Notes under the pieces: model-generated
Told to the model about the DNA's origin: nothing
Databases searched by the model: none
What the model saw: only the letters and a program-made list of their open reading frames with translations
Shown here: one piece after another, positions 1-12,845 of the stretch
Layout: each line of letters opens with the position of its first letter
Numbering within the stretch: the stretch's first letter is position 1
Translations under genes and position numbers: made by a program
NCBI RefSeq assembly: GCF_006345805.1
Contig: NC_042998.1
Coordinates: 147,188,001-147,252,000 of the forward strand
Length of the DNA: 64,000 nt
DNA from: Octopus sinensis
Lineage: Eukaryota
Reading direction: 5' to 3'

Positions 1-117
1 CCAGTAGCTTTGATATATCTTCCACATTATGCTATATGTGTATCTGCCAATTACATCAATGTAGTTGGGTGGTCTTCATTATCTATTAGATTGCTGAAGT
101 CTCCAAAATATATCTGA

Positions 118-501
118 CTAGCAGTATCGCCCGGCGTTGCTCAGGTTTGTAAGGGAAATAACTATAAAGCATTTTTAGAGAGTTATAGCCAAAAAATAGC
201 AAAAAAATGGAAAAAAAATGATGGTAAATTTTTTTTGAGAGTTAGAAAAGGTGGAGTTGCGTCCCCTAGACGGTCTGTGGTTTGGGTTTCTTTTTCTCGA
301 CCCCATGTCGAATTTATCGATCTTTTTCAGAACTGGGGGAACTTTTCAAAATTTTCGCTGCGTTAGTTTTGAATTATGACATTGGGCTATGTGTGTGTCA
401 AGTTTCATCAGAATCGGTTGAAAGCCGTGGTCAGAGTGAGGGTACGAGAAAACAGACACACAGAAAACGCACAGACAAACTGCCGTTTATATAGAGAGAG
501 A
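118..501 (-). mobile_element. Non-autonomous Helitron, copy 1 of 3 (~384 bp)
   Basis: Minus strand starts TCTCTCTCTATATAAAC and ends with hairpin CCTGAGCAACGCCGGG then GATACTGCTAG. Inserted between A and T with no TSD. Near-identical to 32684-33067 and 46684-47070. Confidence 0.85.
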
Positions 502-639
502 TATGGCCGAGTTGTTCATCACGATAACAGTAGCCAGTAAAGCTTACCTTGCGTTGAGCTACAAAATAGAGATGGGTGGGATGTGTTCATAAATCTCTTT
601 GGTCTTGTGCTCATAAAGACCCTCTTCGGTCATGAATAT

Positions 640-1146
640 TCATGGGATTGCACCTAGAGAATTACTCTCCGAAGCACAAGTCCGGGCAATTTTGTTTATG
701 GAAGATCAGCAGTCGCCCATGCATACCAGCCTCCCCTCTCCACGCCACCGATACCGATACACAAGGAGCTAAACATAGAGGGGACGAACAAGGACAGACA
801 AAGGGATTAAGTCGATTACATCGACCCCAGTGCGTAACTGGTACTTAATTTATCGACCCCGAAAGGATGAAAGGCAAAGTCGACCTCGGCGGAATTTGAA
901 CTCAGAACGTAACGGCAGACGAAATGCCGTTAAGCATTTCGCCCGGCGTGCTGACGTTTCTGCCAGCTTGCCGATACATCTTGGCACCAGTGACACAGCA
1001 ACTCATTTCTACAGCTGAGTGAACTGGAGCAACGTGAAATAAAGTGTCATGCTCAAGAGCACAAATCACAGCTCGGTCCTGGAATCGAACTCATTATCTC
1101 ATGATTGTGAGCCTGACGCTCTACCCACTGAGTTATGCACCTTCAC
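640..1146 (-). mobile_element. tRNA-derived SINE family B, interrupted by a family A SINE
   Basis: Minus-strand tRNA-like head (A box CTCAGTGGGTAGAGC, B box GTTCGATTCC) followed by TGTGCTCTTGAGCATGACACTTTATTTCAC. Homologous to 26457-26750. Confidence 0.75.
762..973 (-). mobile_element. tRNA-derived SINE family A, long-tail variant
   Basis: Head GGCAAGCTGGCAGAAACG, B box GAGTTCAAATTCC and core GGTCGACTTTGCCTTTCATCCTTTCGGGGTCGAT, repeated about 20 times in the window. Possibly the octopus OR-type SINE (name not verified). Confidence 0.85.
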
Positions 1147-1819
1147 TGCACTCATACCACGAGAAGTCTAACCGCATCTTGTTTCAAATTCCGACCCAGG
1201 CGGTGCATTGTGTTCTTGAGCAAAACACTTCATTTTACGTTGCTCTAATTCACTTTATCTCCTTCTAACTAATAATAATAGTAATATGTTGATGATTGCA
1301 ATGGTGATGTTGGAGTTTACGTGATAGTGGTCGGTCATTATGGTGATGGTGGTGGTGGTTGTGATGACGGTAGAGGTGGTGATGGTGGAGGTGGTGATGA
1401 TTGTGGTGGTTGTGATAGTGATGATGATGACGGTAATAATGCCGCTGTCGTTGTTTTTATAGTGGTGCTAGGGATATTTGTGATGATGATGTTGATGATG
1501 ACGATAATCATGATGACGACGACGATGGTAATGATGAGAGTGGAGGCGTTTGTCGTTTGATGACGATTTAGTTACAGCTTGTGCTCCCCCCCCCCACCAT
1601 CCAGACGGTCTAAAAACCTAAAATAACAGGGGGCGCACTAAATGTTATTTATTAAGCGGTGAATTGGAATTGTACAAATATGGCAGTTTATTTTTAGAAA
1701 TCTGGTCGGATGCGATAAGAAACGTTTCTAAGTGCACACGAACGAACGGTTATGCTCCTAAAAACACACACATAGGACACATCTTCAGTAGAAAAATCCC
1801 CGTCGTCACCAACACTATC

Positions 1820-2130
1820 TACACCACGAACACTACCACCAACATGAAGACCACCATCTCCACCACCATCACCACAACCACCACCATCATCATTATTATC
1901 ACCACCACTACCATCACCACCACCACCACCACCAACACCTTCATTATCACCACCATCACTAACACCATTACTACTACCAACATCATCAACACCAACATCA
2001 ACACCTTCACCACCATGACCACAATCACCTCTATCATCATCACTATTACCATCACTAACACTATCATCATCACATTCACCATCGATACCATCACCATCAT
2101 CACTACTACCACCACCTCCACCACCACATT
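1820..2130 (+). repeat. Degenerate (CAC/CAT)n trinucleotide tract
   Basis: Visible low-complexity triplets. Explains the poly-T/I and poly-V/M ORFs. Confidence 0.9.
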
Positions 2131-2575
2131 TGATCTCAATGAAATTGTGTCAGATATTTTCCCTTCATTCCCGATTTTAATATTCCCTATTCTTTGACTT
2201 CATAGGGTCACAATATGAATAAATAAATAGCTCTATTTTTTATTGCTTCTCAATGGCAGTGTTAATAAGTTCCATGCGGAATTAGAGTATAAAATCTGCG
2301 ATTAAACTTTATTTTCCACTGAGGTCGATGTAATTGACTACCCCACCTCCTTCTTCCTACTTAAATTGCCGGCCTTGTGTCAAAAATTTGAAACAAGTAT
2401 TACTTCTACCTGCTATTTATTCTCCTGGAAATTAGGTGCGTTTTACAGAGGTGGTGAGATAGATGGCTGTTGACAACAAAGATAATGAAAAGTAGGCGAG
2501 AGATTGATAAATATAATTTAATAATAGTTTTTTGCCACTGCCCGATACCAACATACTGCACATTAATTAAAAAGC

Positions 2576-2607
<32 letters not shown>

Positions 2608-2869
2608 ATGTTTTATCTTATTGCTGCACTATATTATTCGCAAGATAACGCATGTAAGTTGTTCCCCACGAAGAACGGCATCTACAAGAAAAGGCAAGAA
2701 CATTGTTTTTGTCATTCAAAGCTAAGATAAGAATCCCAAAGGTATTGAGGTACGTAATTCTGGAGTTAGTCTAGTAAGTTCCAGTCACACAGACATACAC
2801 ACACACGAACGCACGGGCACACACACACAATCCTCCATTCAACAAGAAGTTTCAACTAACATAGACAGT

Positions 2870-3345
2870 AGCTTCCTGACACTTATTAAAAAGAATCTCC
2901 CTTGCACCCATAAGTATGAACTATTCAATCCCTACAACGTTAAGCTCGGTAATTTCTGTTTAGACAACATCCTTTCAAACGTCACACGTTACAATAGTCA
3001 CAAAGCACATCTACGCAATTCCCAATCCACAACCCAGTCTTTAACTTTCAAAACCGTACCAACTGCCTACTAGGAAGATCCTACTTCTCAAAGGCTGTTG
3101 TCTACAGAACCACCCTCACATCGCCCAAGGGCATCACAAGACACTACACTGGCATGACACTCCCACCGTACTCACCCGTAATTCTCAATTACCAACTCTG
3201 TCTTTGCGAGAGACTGCGCATACTCTATCAACCTGCGGTATCCATCAACAGGGAGAATGAAATAATAATCAAATTTGGTTACTCAACACAATATAATCTG
3301 AAATCCAATATAATCGATTTTGATTACTCTAACGTAAGACTGCTG
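2870..3345 (+). pseudogene. Degraded Penelope-like element, RT-thumb/GIY-YIG remnant
   Basis: Frameshifted translations LIKKNLPCTHKYELFNPYNVKLGNFCLDNI, AVVYRTTLTSPKGITRHYTGMT (GIY-YIG-like) and QLCLCERLRILYQPAVSINRENEII resemble PLE C-termini. Confidence 0.6.
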
Positions 3346-4039
3346 CCATTAATATGAACGAATGACGACTGAATGATGACTAAATTATTGACCCGCGCTA
3401 GCATCCCATCCTACCATGTGCGGTAACCAATACAACAAACTGATGTCGTTGATGGTGACTGTCTGCGGTTAACAACACGTAACTTGAGCTGACCAGTAGA
3501 AACCTAATAGCTACAAGCCATCTTCAATTTCTCTCAAACCTTTTACACTTCTCCTGATAACTGATGAAATGGACGCTTCCTACGCGCCCTCGAAACCTCG
3601 AAAGTTATATGGAGCTGAGTCGAACTGTAATTAAATACAAACACACACACACGCATACACACCAGAAAAACAAGCTGTTTTTCTGTGTTAGCATAACGTA
3701 ATTCGGCATTCGACTGAAGAACTATTGTGGTTCTGCATCTAAATGCTCCATGAATGCAAATACCCAAATAAGACAAAATGTGCGTAGGGAATCAATGGTG
3801 TTTATCATAATTTCTCTTACATTTGCTCTGTATATCACTGCCAGCAATACCGCTAAATACTATAGTAAGCCCATCACTTTCCGCTCGAGGTGGTCTGGAT
3901 GATGGCACTTTATATGGTGCGCTAATTTCACCAGTAACAGTCGTAAAAATCTAGATATACACACAAGATATATATATATATACTCATATTTTGAGGTCTA
4001 TTTTTCCTGTTTGATGGTGATGGTGGTGGTGGCTTGCAG

Positions 4040-4041
<2 letters not shown>

Positions 4042-4070
<29 letters not shown>

Positions 4071-4135
4071 TGTATGTATGTATGTATGTATGTATGTATG
4101 CATGCATGCATGTATGTATGTATGTATGTATGTAT
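4042..4135 (+). repeat. (TATG)n microsatellite
   Basis: Direct inspection. Confidence 0.95.
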
Positions 4136-4564
4136 CTATCTATCTACCTACCTATCGGTATATCTATATCTACACACACACATACACACACATGCACACA
4201 CACACACGCATACACACACACACACCACACACACACACACAAGTACCGACGTCACTAACGTGATCTGCCTCTGTCTCGCTTGCCGTAGGGAGCTTGTCTC
4301 CCTTGTCAGTCATTAGATGAGTGCTTCGTCGTGGCTAAGTTGTTCTGACTCTTATTTCTATCAATGCTTGCGTTGACTAGCACCCTTAGTCGCCTTAGCC
4401 TATCCTTGTGTCTTTTGTTTCTAAAGTATTCCCGCTAGCAAGCATGATATGTTTTGGTAACTTGGTTGTAACGATGACACTAGAGCAAAAGTTTCCAATC
4501 TTGGTTGCCTATACAATCGGAGGGCGGGGGAAGGACGATGGCATTTCAGCAATTTTGAGAGAAA

Positions 4565-4740
4565 CGGTAAGTCAGTTACATCGACCTCGGTACTTGACTG
4601 GCACTTTATTTTATCGATCTCGAAAAAATGAAAAGCAAATTTGATCTTGGCCACATCTGAACTCAGAATGTAAAGAGCCGGAAGAAATGATACTTAACAT
4701 TTTGTCCGACACACAAGTGATACAGTCAGCTCGCTGCCCT
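4565..4740 (-). mobile_element. SINE family A, diverged copy
   Basis: Similarity to the family A core and head. Confidence 0.65.
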
Positions 4741-5221
4741 CTCGCCTATAAATGATAATAGTTATTAGTACACTTGATACATGAAAGCCTCAAGCTATTA
4801 ATTTTCCATAATCGTTGCTCCCCCATCACCCAGTAATATACAAGGGAAATGCACAATAGATTCCTTCAAGTACATGACTAGCAGCTTATCAACCCTCATT
4901 ATATAACTGGTATTTCATCAAACCCTTTAATATAACTGGTATTTTATCTGTCCCTCTGATGTGGCTGGTATTTCATCGATACCAGAAATTTGAACTCATT
5001 TAAAGCTGAAGCTAATAAGAATTTTCTCGCGAATCTCTTCGTTTCAGGTTTTCATTTCAGCTGAAATATCTAAACGCTTCTATGGCTTCCCGAAATATTA
5101 ATTACACATTGAAATAATTGATTACACTAAAACAGCAGGACCACTCTCACGTTTATTTTAGTCATACATCCAGAGATAAATTATGTTTCCCATTATATAT
5201 ATATATTATTTTTATTATTCT

Positions 5222-5535
5222 GGCACTCCGTCGATTACGACGACGAGGGTTCCAGCTGATCCGATCAACGGAGCAGCCTGCTCATGAAATTAACGGGCAA
5301 GTGGCTGAGCACTGCAACAGATATGTGTACCCTTAACGTAGTTCTCAGGGAGATTCGGCGTGACACTGAGTGTGACAAGGTTGGCCCTTTGAACTACAGG
5401 TACTACTCATTTTTGCCAGCTGAGTAACGAGAAATAAAGTGTCTTGCTCAGAGACATAACGCGTCGCCAGAAATCGAACTCACGACCTTGCGATGGTTAG
5501 GCGAATACCCCTAACCACTAAGCCATACGCCTTCA
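5222..5535 (-). mobile_element. SINE family B variant with alternative 3' body
   Basis: Same tRNA-like head and CAAGACACTTTATTTC motif as 640-1146. The 3' body matches 7326-7641. Confidence 0.7.
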
Positions 5536-5564
5536 CGTATATGTATATACATATATATATGTAT

Positions 5565-5760
5565 GTGTGTGTGTCTCCCATCACCGCTTGGCAAGCGGTG
5601 CTGGTCTGTTTGCATACCCATAAGTGATTTGGCCTTAGAAACCGATAGAATAAGTACCAGGGTTAGAAATGTACTGGGTCGATTCTTTTCGGCAAAAAAC
5701 TCTTCAATGCAGAGCCTGCCCCAGCTTGGCCGCAGTCTAGTGACTGAGACAAGTAAAAGA
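5565..5760 (+). mobile_element. SINE family C, 3' half
   Basis: GAAACCGATAGAATAAGTACC...GGCCGCAGTCTAGTGACTGAGACAAGTAAAAGA. Partial similarity to 48975-49210. Confidence 0.55.
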
Positions 5761-6081
5761 TATATTGTGACGTTTGCTTCGTCTCTTTAAATACATCAGG
5801 GCCCGCAAATAAAGAGCCGTAGATGTAACCAAGGTTTGAAACTGAATCGCATATTCTATAGACCGGAAGTTTACTTCTTGTTCTACGGCTTTTGTTACCG
5901 AAATCTGTGTGAAATATTGAGACAAAGGAAAGTCGACGGAAATAATCTATCAACAGTATTGTCTGTGAGTGGAATATTTCAGTCAAAGAATTGGGTCGTT
6001 TCCTCTAGTAAGACTTCGTTACTGGGAGAAGTTGTAGCTTCGACTAATCATTTTCCGTTTTCACTCCGTTCTCGGGATATT

Positions 6082-6183
6082 TTCTTCTTCTTCTTCTTCT
6101 TCTTCTTCTTCTTCTTCTTCTTCTTCTTCTTCTTCTTCTTCTTCTTCTTCTTCTTCTTCTTCTTCTTCTTCTTCTTCTTCTTC
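6082..6183 (+). repeat. (TTC)n microsatellite
   Basis: Direct inspection. Confidence 0.95.
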
Positions 6184-6629
6184 TATTTTCCCATTATTGT
6201 CACCATCACCAGCTTCACCACCTTCCCCACACCCTCAGCGTTGCCACCATGTGAATTAACGGAACCTTCTGTTTTAGAACTGATTGCATGGTTTTAATAG
6301 ACGACATAATTGTTGACCAAGTCTTCTGCATGGAAACTGAATGAATGGCTTGTCTTAACATGAACAAACATTTATTAACCGATATGTCTTCCAGCGATCA
6401 AATTTATGGCCATATAGCAATGAACACAAGACCATTGTAAAGCTTTTCTACCAGTACCTCTCAACATTTAGCTGTTTAACATAGAATACAAGTTCGTTGA
6501 ACAGTAGCCTTGATTAATGGATGTTTGTTAACTGTTAATTAATCTATGTGATTCTTCACCAATAAATTTCTTACACTTGGTCAAAGCATTTAAGAAACCG
6601 ACATCTAACTATACCTCTGTTTAATTATT

Positions 6630-7234
6630 CTTTACTACTCAAGGCACAAGACTCGAAGTTTTGGGGGAGGGGCCAGTCGCTTAGATCAACTCCAGTATGA
6701 AACTGGTACTTAATTTATCAACCTCGAAAGAATAAAAGGCAAAGTTGACCTCGACGGAATTTGAACTTAGAACGTAAAGACAGACGAAATACTGCAAAGC
6801 ATTTCGCCTGGCGTGTAAACAATATAATGGTAACAATCCTGTCTACTCTAAGCACAAGACCCGAAATTTTTGGGGAGGGGCCAGTGGATTAGATCGACCC
6901 CAGCATGCAACTGGTACTTAATTTATCGACCACGAAAGGATGAAAGGCAAAGTCGACCTCGGCGGAATTTGAATTGAGAACGTAAAGACAAACGAAATAC
7001 CTATTTCTTTACTACCCGCAAGGGGCTAAACACAGAGGAGACAAACAAGGACAGACAAACGGATTAAGTCGATTACATCGACCCCAATGCGTAACTGGTA
7101 CTTAATTTATCGACCCCGAAAGGATGAAAGGCAAAGTCGACCTCGGCGGAATTTGAACTCAGAACGTAACGGCAGACGAAATACGGCTACGCATTTCGCC
7201 CGGCGTGCTAACGTTTCTGCCAGCTCGCCGCCTT
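6630..7234 (-). mobile_element. Trimeric family A SINE flanked by a 16-bp TSD
   Basis: Three consecutive SINE cores. CCTCTGTTTAATTATT at 6614-6629 and 7235-7250. Confidence 0.85.
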
Positions 7235-7325
7235 CCTCTGTTTAATTATTAACACAAAACTGTTAATCGAAGTTAACTGTGAATCAAATATGCAGTTACT
7301 TTTCTATGAGGAATATCAGATAACT

Positions 7326-7641
7326 ATGACTGATACTCCGTCGGTTATGACGACGAGTGTTCCAGTTGATCCAATCAATGGAAAAGCCTGCTCATGAAAT
7401 TAATGTGTAAGCGGCTGAGCACGCCACAAACACATGTAACCTTAACATAATTCTAAATGAGATACAGCGTGACACAGAATGTGACAAGGCTGGCCTTTGA
7501 AATACAGGTACTACACATCTTTCCCAGTTGGGTGGACTGAAACAACATGAATTGAACTTACTTACTCACGGATACAAGGCGCCGCCGGGAATCGAACTCC
7601 CGACATTACGATCGTGAGGCGAATACCCTAACCACTTAGCC
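7326..7641 (-). mobile_element. SINE family B variant
   Basis: Homologous to 5222-5535. Confidence 0.7.
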
Positions 7642-8584
7642 TAATAACTAAGCTTTCATTATTAGATAACTACTACTGGCTAAAATGAATTAGTGTGGTT
7701 GTTCAATGCAAATGAACAGTCAGCCGAAAGACCGCCATGTCGTATCCTATCATTGTTGTACAAAGTACTGCAAAGAAAAAAATTCCCAAAACCTCAGCTT
7801 CATGTTTTGCAAAATATTTTGATAGTGATTAACATATTCAGGTTCGAGTCTGCCAGAACGTATTAAGAACGAATATGTACGTCATTATAGTAAAAAAATT
7901 CATTTAGTTAAAAAAAATTCATTTAGTTATAACTTTCAGAACAGCTTGTTTCACTGTCCGCTATATTGTCCACCATACTGTCTACCATACTGGTGACGTT
8001 ATAGCTGGAACAGAAATAACTCAACATTGGCATTCTCTCCTGATAATGCATGATCTTTCTTTATATGCACCACCCTGTTACACACAACATCAAATTGGGT
8101 CCTAGTTTTCTACAATTTAGAATAAACACATTTCGTTTTCATACTAACCTATCCCTCTAAAAAGCGAAAACAAAACCAACCCTTTCATATATGAACTGGT
8201 TACTAAACATAACAGGCAAAAGAAAACAACACAAAACACACACAAAAAGTAGATAACATAGATAACGGTTTGCAACATTCTTTTAACGCGTTCGTTTTTG
8301 CTCTAACTCTCTGCATTCCGACTCCTTCCGTAAATTTGTCAGTCCGTTTCTTTCTCTCACTCCCCCCCCCATTCACCCTCTCTGCATCTAGTTGAAACGT
8401 CAAAACATTTGCTATTTGCTTCCATTACAAATGGCCGGACATAAATACTTGTTGCGAGAAATGTCAAGCAATGCAAAACTCAAGTAGGAAGGGTTATGAT
8501 AGTGACTTTTTAATTGTGAGTTTAAAATAAACCACTTAACACGTACAAGAGTGTTCTATTTATAAAACGAAGGAGTGCAATACA

Positions 8585-8754
8585 TATATACATACATACA
8601 TACATACATACATACATACATACATACATACATACATACATACATACATACATACATACATACATACATGCATGCGTACACACATACACATATATACATA
8701 CATCTATACATATATATATATATATACACATACATACACGCATATATATACATG

Positions 8755-8813
<59 letters not shown>

Positions 8814-8826
8814 TATATATACATAT
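8585..8826 (+). repeat. Compound (TACA)n/(TA)n microsatellite
   Basis: Direct inspection. Confidence 0.95.
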
Positions 8827-9699
8827 ACTGTTACGATGTTATTGTTTGTAGTAATGATGTAGCTTCTGTTGCAATAGTCCATCAGTTCTTGCATTTAATG
8901 TTGTTGATTTAAACTGGGCTGTAATGTTGTAATGCGACAGTTATAATTATGCTTTCGCTGGCGAAAATAAACTGGTTATTTTAGCACAGGCATATCCCCA
9001 AATTAAGTAAACTGTACATAAAGCAGACATACATTTCTAGCGTCTTGAATAGCGCCAAGCTTTTGAACTACTGTCTTTCCTATAACCAGTAGCCTTTCTT
9101 TAATGGGTAAACAAGTCCTATAGTTCTTTGATATATGTATTCAATCTTAAAGCTGCAATGCTTCAGAGAATGAATTAAGCGTTAGAAAAAAAACCCACCT
9201 TATTTGGATGAAATTATACTAATGGAGTTAAGATCCTTACTTTTTATTATTTTTGAGGGTTTTAGATATTAAATACATCTAGGGAGAAATTTTGATCCCT
9301 GGTTGCAAGCAAAATAAAAAACGTCATTGAAGTTTTTCAACTCACTATATTGCTGTATTTGTACTCAGCAGACAACATTTCTTCGGTCTATTTTCCCTCC
9401 GCCTTATTGATGCTCATATATATAATCGATGTCTTTACACTCCCTGCATTTCTCTCTCTCTCTCTCTCTCTCCCCTCTCTCTTTCTCTCTCTCTCTCTCT
9501 CTCTTCGTATTTATACATACAGACAGACAGACACACACACACACATACTCATACACACTCACACGCACGCGCACACACACACATCCCAGTATCACAATGT
9601 TGACCAGACCATCAGATATTATTGTACACCGCTGGTCACAATACGTGTCCAATTCTGTCTTGATTACGACATTCTTTTCAATATTGACATAATACGCTA

Positions 9700-10290
9700 A
9701 ACTAAATCGTCTTCCCATCATCATGGAGGCCTTTCCAAGTTACTTTTACCGATCTCGTGGATACCACTCGACAGCTGCGCGGGTCTACTCGTTGTCTGTG
9801 AATCTTGCAATATATTCACCCCACCGGAACTTGTGCTTTCGGTATTCTCCGATCACGTCGTTCACTCCGCTCCGTTCTCGAATTATCTCACTTCGAATAT
9901 GTTCTCGTAATGATATTCCTGGCAAGATTCTTTCCGTGGCCCTTTGCACCGTAGCCAATTGATGTTCAGTCCGCTTCGTTGTAGCTCACGTCTCACTTAT
10001 AAGAGCGCAGGTAGAACGATGCCATTGAAGAGTTTGGTACGTATTGTATTGTCTATCTTTGTTTTGACCACATCCTTTATTGAGGTAAATGCCTTCCATC
10101 CTGCATTTATTCTCTTTAAAATTTCGGCATCCATACCTCGGTGCATATTTACTGAGTGCCCTAAGTTGACGTACTCCTCAACCCGTTCGATTTCATCGCT
10201 TCCCATCTCTATTTGGCCTTGTGCAACGTCTTCCGACTGCATATATTTTGCATTCATGCGTTTCATTTTAAAACCTACTGTCCAGCTCTG
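9700..10290 (-). pseudogene. RTE-clade non-LTR retrotransposon, RT C-terminal fragment
   Basis: ORF 9997..10266 ...IERVEEYVNLGHSV...EILKRINAGWKAF...RTKLFNGIVLPALL and downstream EWYPRDR resemble RTE ORF2. Confidence 0.75.
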
Positions 10291-10435
10291 TCAACATGTC
10301 TGCAGCTGGTCTGTAGTTTCAACAATGAGTACAATGTGTTAGTTGTTTGCCATTGATGTTTACATCACCTTTCCTGTCAGTGTCCCTCATGAGCATTTTT
10401 AGACATTCGGTAAAGAGCTTTGGAAAGATAGTATA

Positions 10436-11450
10436 CACGAGGTTTTAACAAAAGTGAACCAACACTGGATATAACTATTACATTAACTGACACAGGCCGT
10501 TCTAATTGCACACGGTGTTAGAGTAACTCTTCCTCAATACAACGTTATTATTCAACATTGTCTCCATCACAAGCGAGGTATTTGCGCCTTCGTTGAACCC
10601 CAGTTCTCAAATACTCTTTGAAAATTTCAGGTGCACACTGTTGTAATTCACTTCTTAGACACTGACCAGCCCAACTTGCCAATTGCTTGATTTATTTTCA
10701 GAGATATGTGTGGTTACGCACTGCCATGGTTGTGCATTGAATGCGATCCACTACCAGATTCTTGCTTGGTCTCTTCCTCCCAATGACTTCTTTAAGTATT
10801 TTCTGTGTCTCAATATATTCCTCATTCTTCACAGTACAGCCACGTTCCAGAAAATCAAAGAGAATACTGCCCATATCATCCCCCAAACACTCACAGTAAT
10901 TTGCTCTACTGACCGCTAAACCTTGGACTTCTTCGGCTTTGGAGAAAAGGTAGATCACCATTCCCTAGACTGAGCCTTTATTTCTGGATCATAATGACGG
11001 GACATTTTTCATCCTGTGTCATCAGGTTAGAAAAAAAAACTATCCTCATTAGCTTTAGACACTCCTAGCAGTTCAGAGCAAATTCCCACCCTTCTTTCCT
11101 TGAAATCGGATTGTCGACTACTAAGGTACCCAGTTTGCATACACTATCTGATACCCAAAGTCTTCCACTATCTTCTGAAATGTATTGTGACCATAGTTTA
11201 GTTGTGACTCGTTTATCCGCACAAATCAATTCGGTCACTTGCTGGTGATTCGTGTCAATGGTCGCAGTTGATGGTCTCTCATTTTGTGTTTTATTTTCAG
11301 TGCTGGTTTTCCCTTCTTTAAAATTTCTTCATCTATCTGTGCACATTGTTCTGTTCTGAATGTCGGACAGCCTGCATCATTATCACCTTAGTGGTCAGTA
11401 AATCTATGATGGCACATTACTTCTCACTGGAACCCATTATTTGCTTGTAA
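10436..11450 (-). mobile_element. Degenerate mariner transposon
   Basis: ORF 10698..10961 (GSILFDFLERGCTVKNEEYIETQKILKEVIGRKRP) resembles a mariner DDD domain. TA-CACGAGG TIR-like end at 10434-10442. Confidence 0.7.
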
Positions 11451-11789
11451 TAAAAAAGAACGAGAAGAAGAAATATTACGAAGTAAGAGTTACTCGACCA
11501 ACGTGTAGGTTGAACGACCTATATTAGATAGGAAATTTACCCAAGTCTGCATAACTTTCGGTACAACCGTCGTTTTGTACATACACTCCCCTCCCCACAT
11601 ATATACTAATATCGAACAGTAAGAAGGAGTCTTCAACAGTGCATTAGTAGATAAAAATTGACAAAAGGGACCACTATTTTGCTCTGATGATTCATTTCTT
11701 CCCTCTTAGTTTTACTTTCAACAAAATATTGACACAAAATGTAAAGAAACAGCGAAAGATAGACATAGTGTATCTAATGTTATATTATA

Positions 11790-12004
11790 CGAGGGATGCT
11801 GAAATGTTCCTGGCTTTGAGTAAAAGAAAATACGGGAGGATCAATTAATTGGGATTTTATTCAACATATTCCCCTTTCAGATTCATACACTTACTGCAGC
11901 GGTCCTTAAGTTTTTCTAAGCTCTGTAAAAGAACTTGGAAGGTTGAACTGCCAACCAAGCCTTTCGCGACACCCTTAAAGCCAGGAACTTTTCAGCTCAC
12001 CTTA
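11790..12004. mobile_element. Tc1/mariner-type MITE
   Basis: TA-CGAGGGATGCTGAAATGTTCCTGGCTTT ... AAAGCCAGGAACTTTTCAGCTCACC imperfect TIRs. Confidence 0.7.
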
Positions 12005-12643
12005 TTTTATATTATATTGTGTGTCAATGAATACACCTGTCAATAACTGATACACAGTTGGCCAGCATCTCTTCAGTTTAAAGTCATATTTTATAAACAA
12101 CCGAAATAAGAGAGTTCTTTGATTGTCAAATATTTTAGCTTTAGTGTTTTGACAGAATGATCGTGTGTTTATTTGGAAGAACGTTTTCATTTATAGTCGA
12201 AAGTAATGGATATGGCCATAAAGCTAATGAACAAATGTGTTGAACGTTAGATCTAAAGCGGAGAGGTTTAAATACATGGGTCAGATTAAATCTGACTAAA
12301 TATCATGCTCACAAGTCAGGAAATTGTGAGAGATTTTAATCTAAATTTACGTCTGAAACCAAAATCTGCCGTTGCTTTTAGCTGATGATTTTACTCTGTT
12401 TGACATCAGAATAATTTCCTTTTCTTTATTCTCTATAAAAGTTCGTTAATTATTGAAGGTAAGGGGACATACAGGAAATGGGATATTTATGTACTAAAAC
12501 ATGGTCTGCTGAACATTATGATTATAATTTTCTCACATTAGTACAAAATTTCTCATTTGTAGGAGGCTGGTGCAGACTGAATCGACACCAAGAAGACATT
12601 TAAATTGGAGTTTGGAAGAAATTCGAATCGAGGATGTGACGGC

Positions 12644-12679
<36 letters not shown>

Positions 12680-12699
12680 CGCACTTCCATTCAGCTGTT

Positions 12700-12845
12700 G
12701 CTTATTTTAAGTTGAGTACACTAGGACAATGTGAAATTATGTACCTTGCTTAAGAGTTCAACGCAGCAACCGATCCAGCAATCGAACCTGTGACATTATG
12801 ACTATGAATCTAATACTCTTAACCACTACGTTACGCTCTTCCACA
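12700..12845 (-). mobile_element. SINE family B head, highly diverged
   Basis: Reverse complement of the tRNA-like head and CTTAAGCAAGGTACA motif. Confidence 0.45.

Noticed and set aside
4895-4990. CTGATGT..GAAA motif and hairpin
   Set aside because: Part of a degenerate 3x ~30-bp local repeat (AACTGGTATTT). The core is incomplete.
5770-5900. Possible promoter (CCGGAAGT ETS-like motif)
   Set aside because: A single short motif with no CpG island or linked exon.
6630-7234. CRISPR-like repeat array
   Set aside because: The repeated units are ~170-230-bp SINE monomers in eukaryotic DNA, with no repeat-spacer periodicity and no cas genes.
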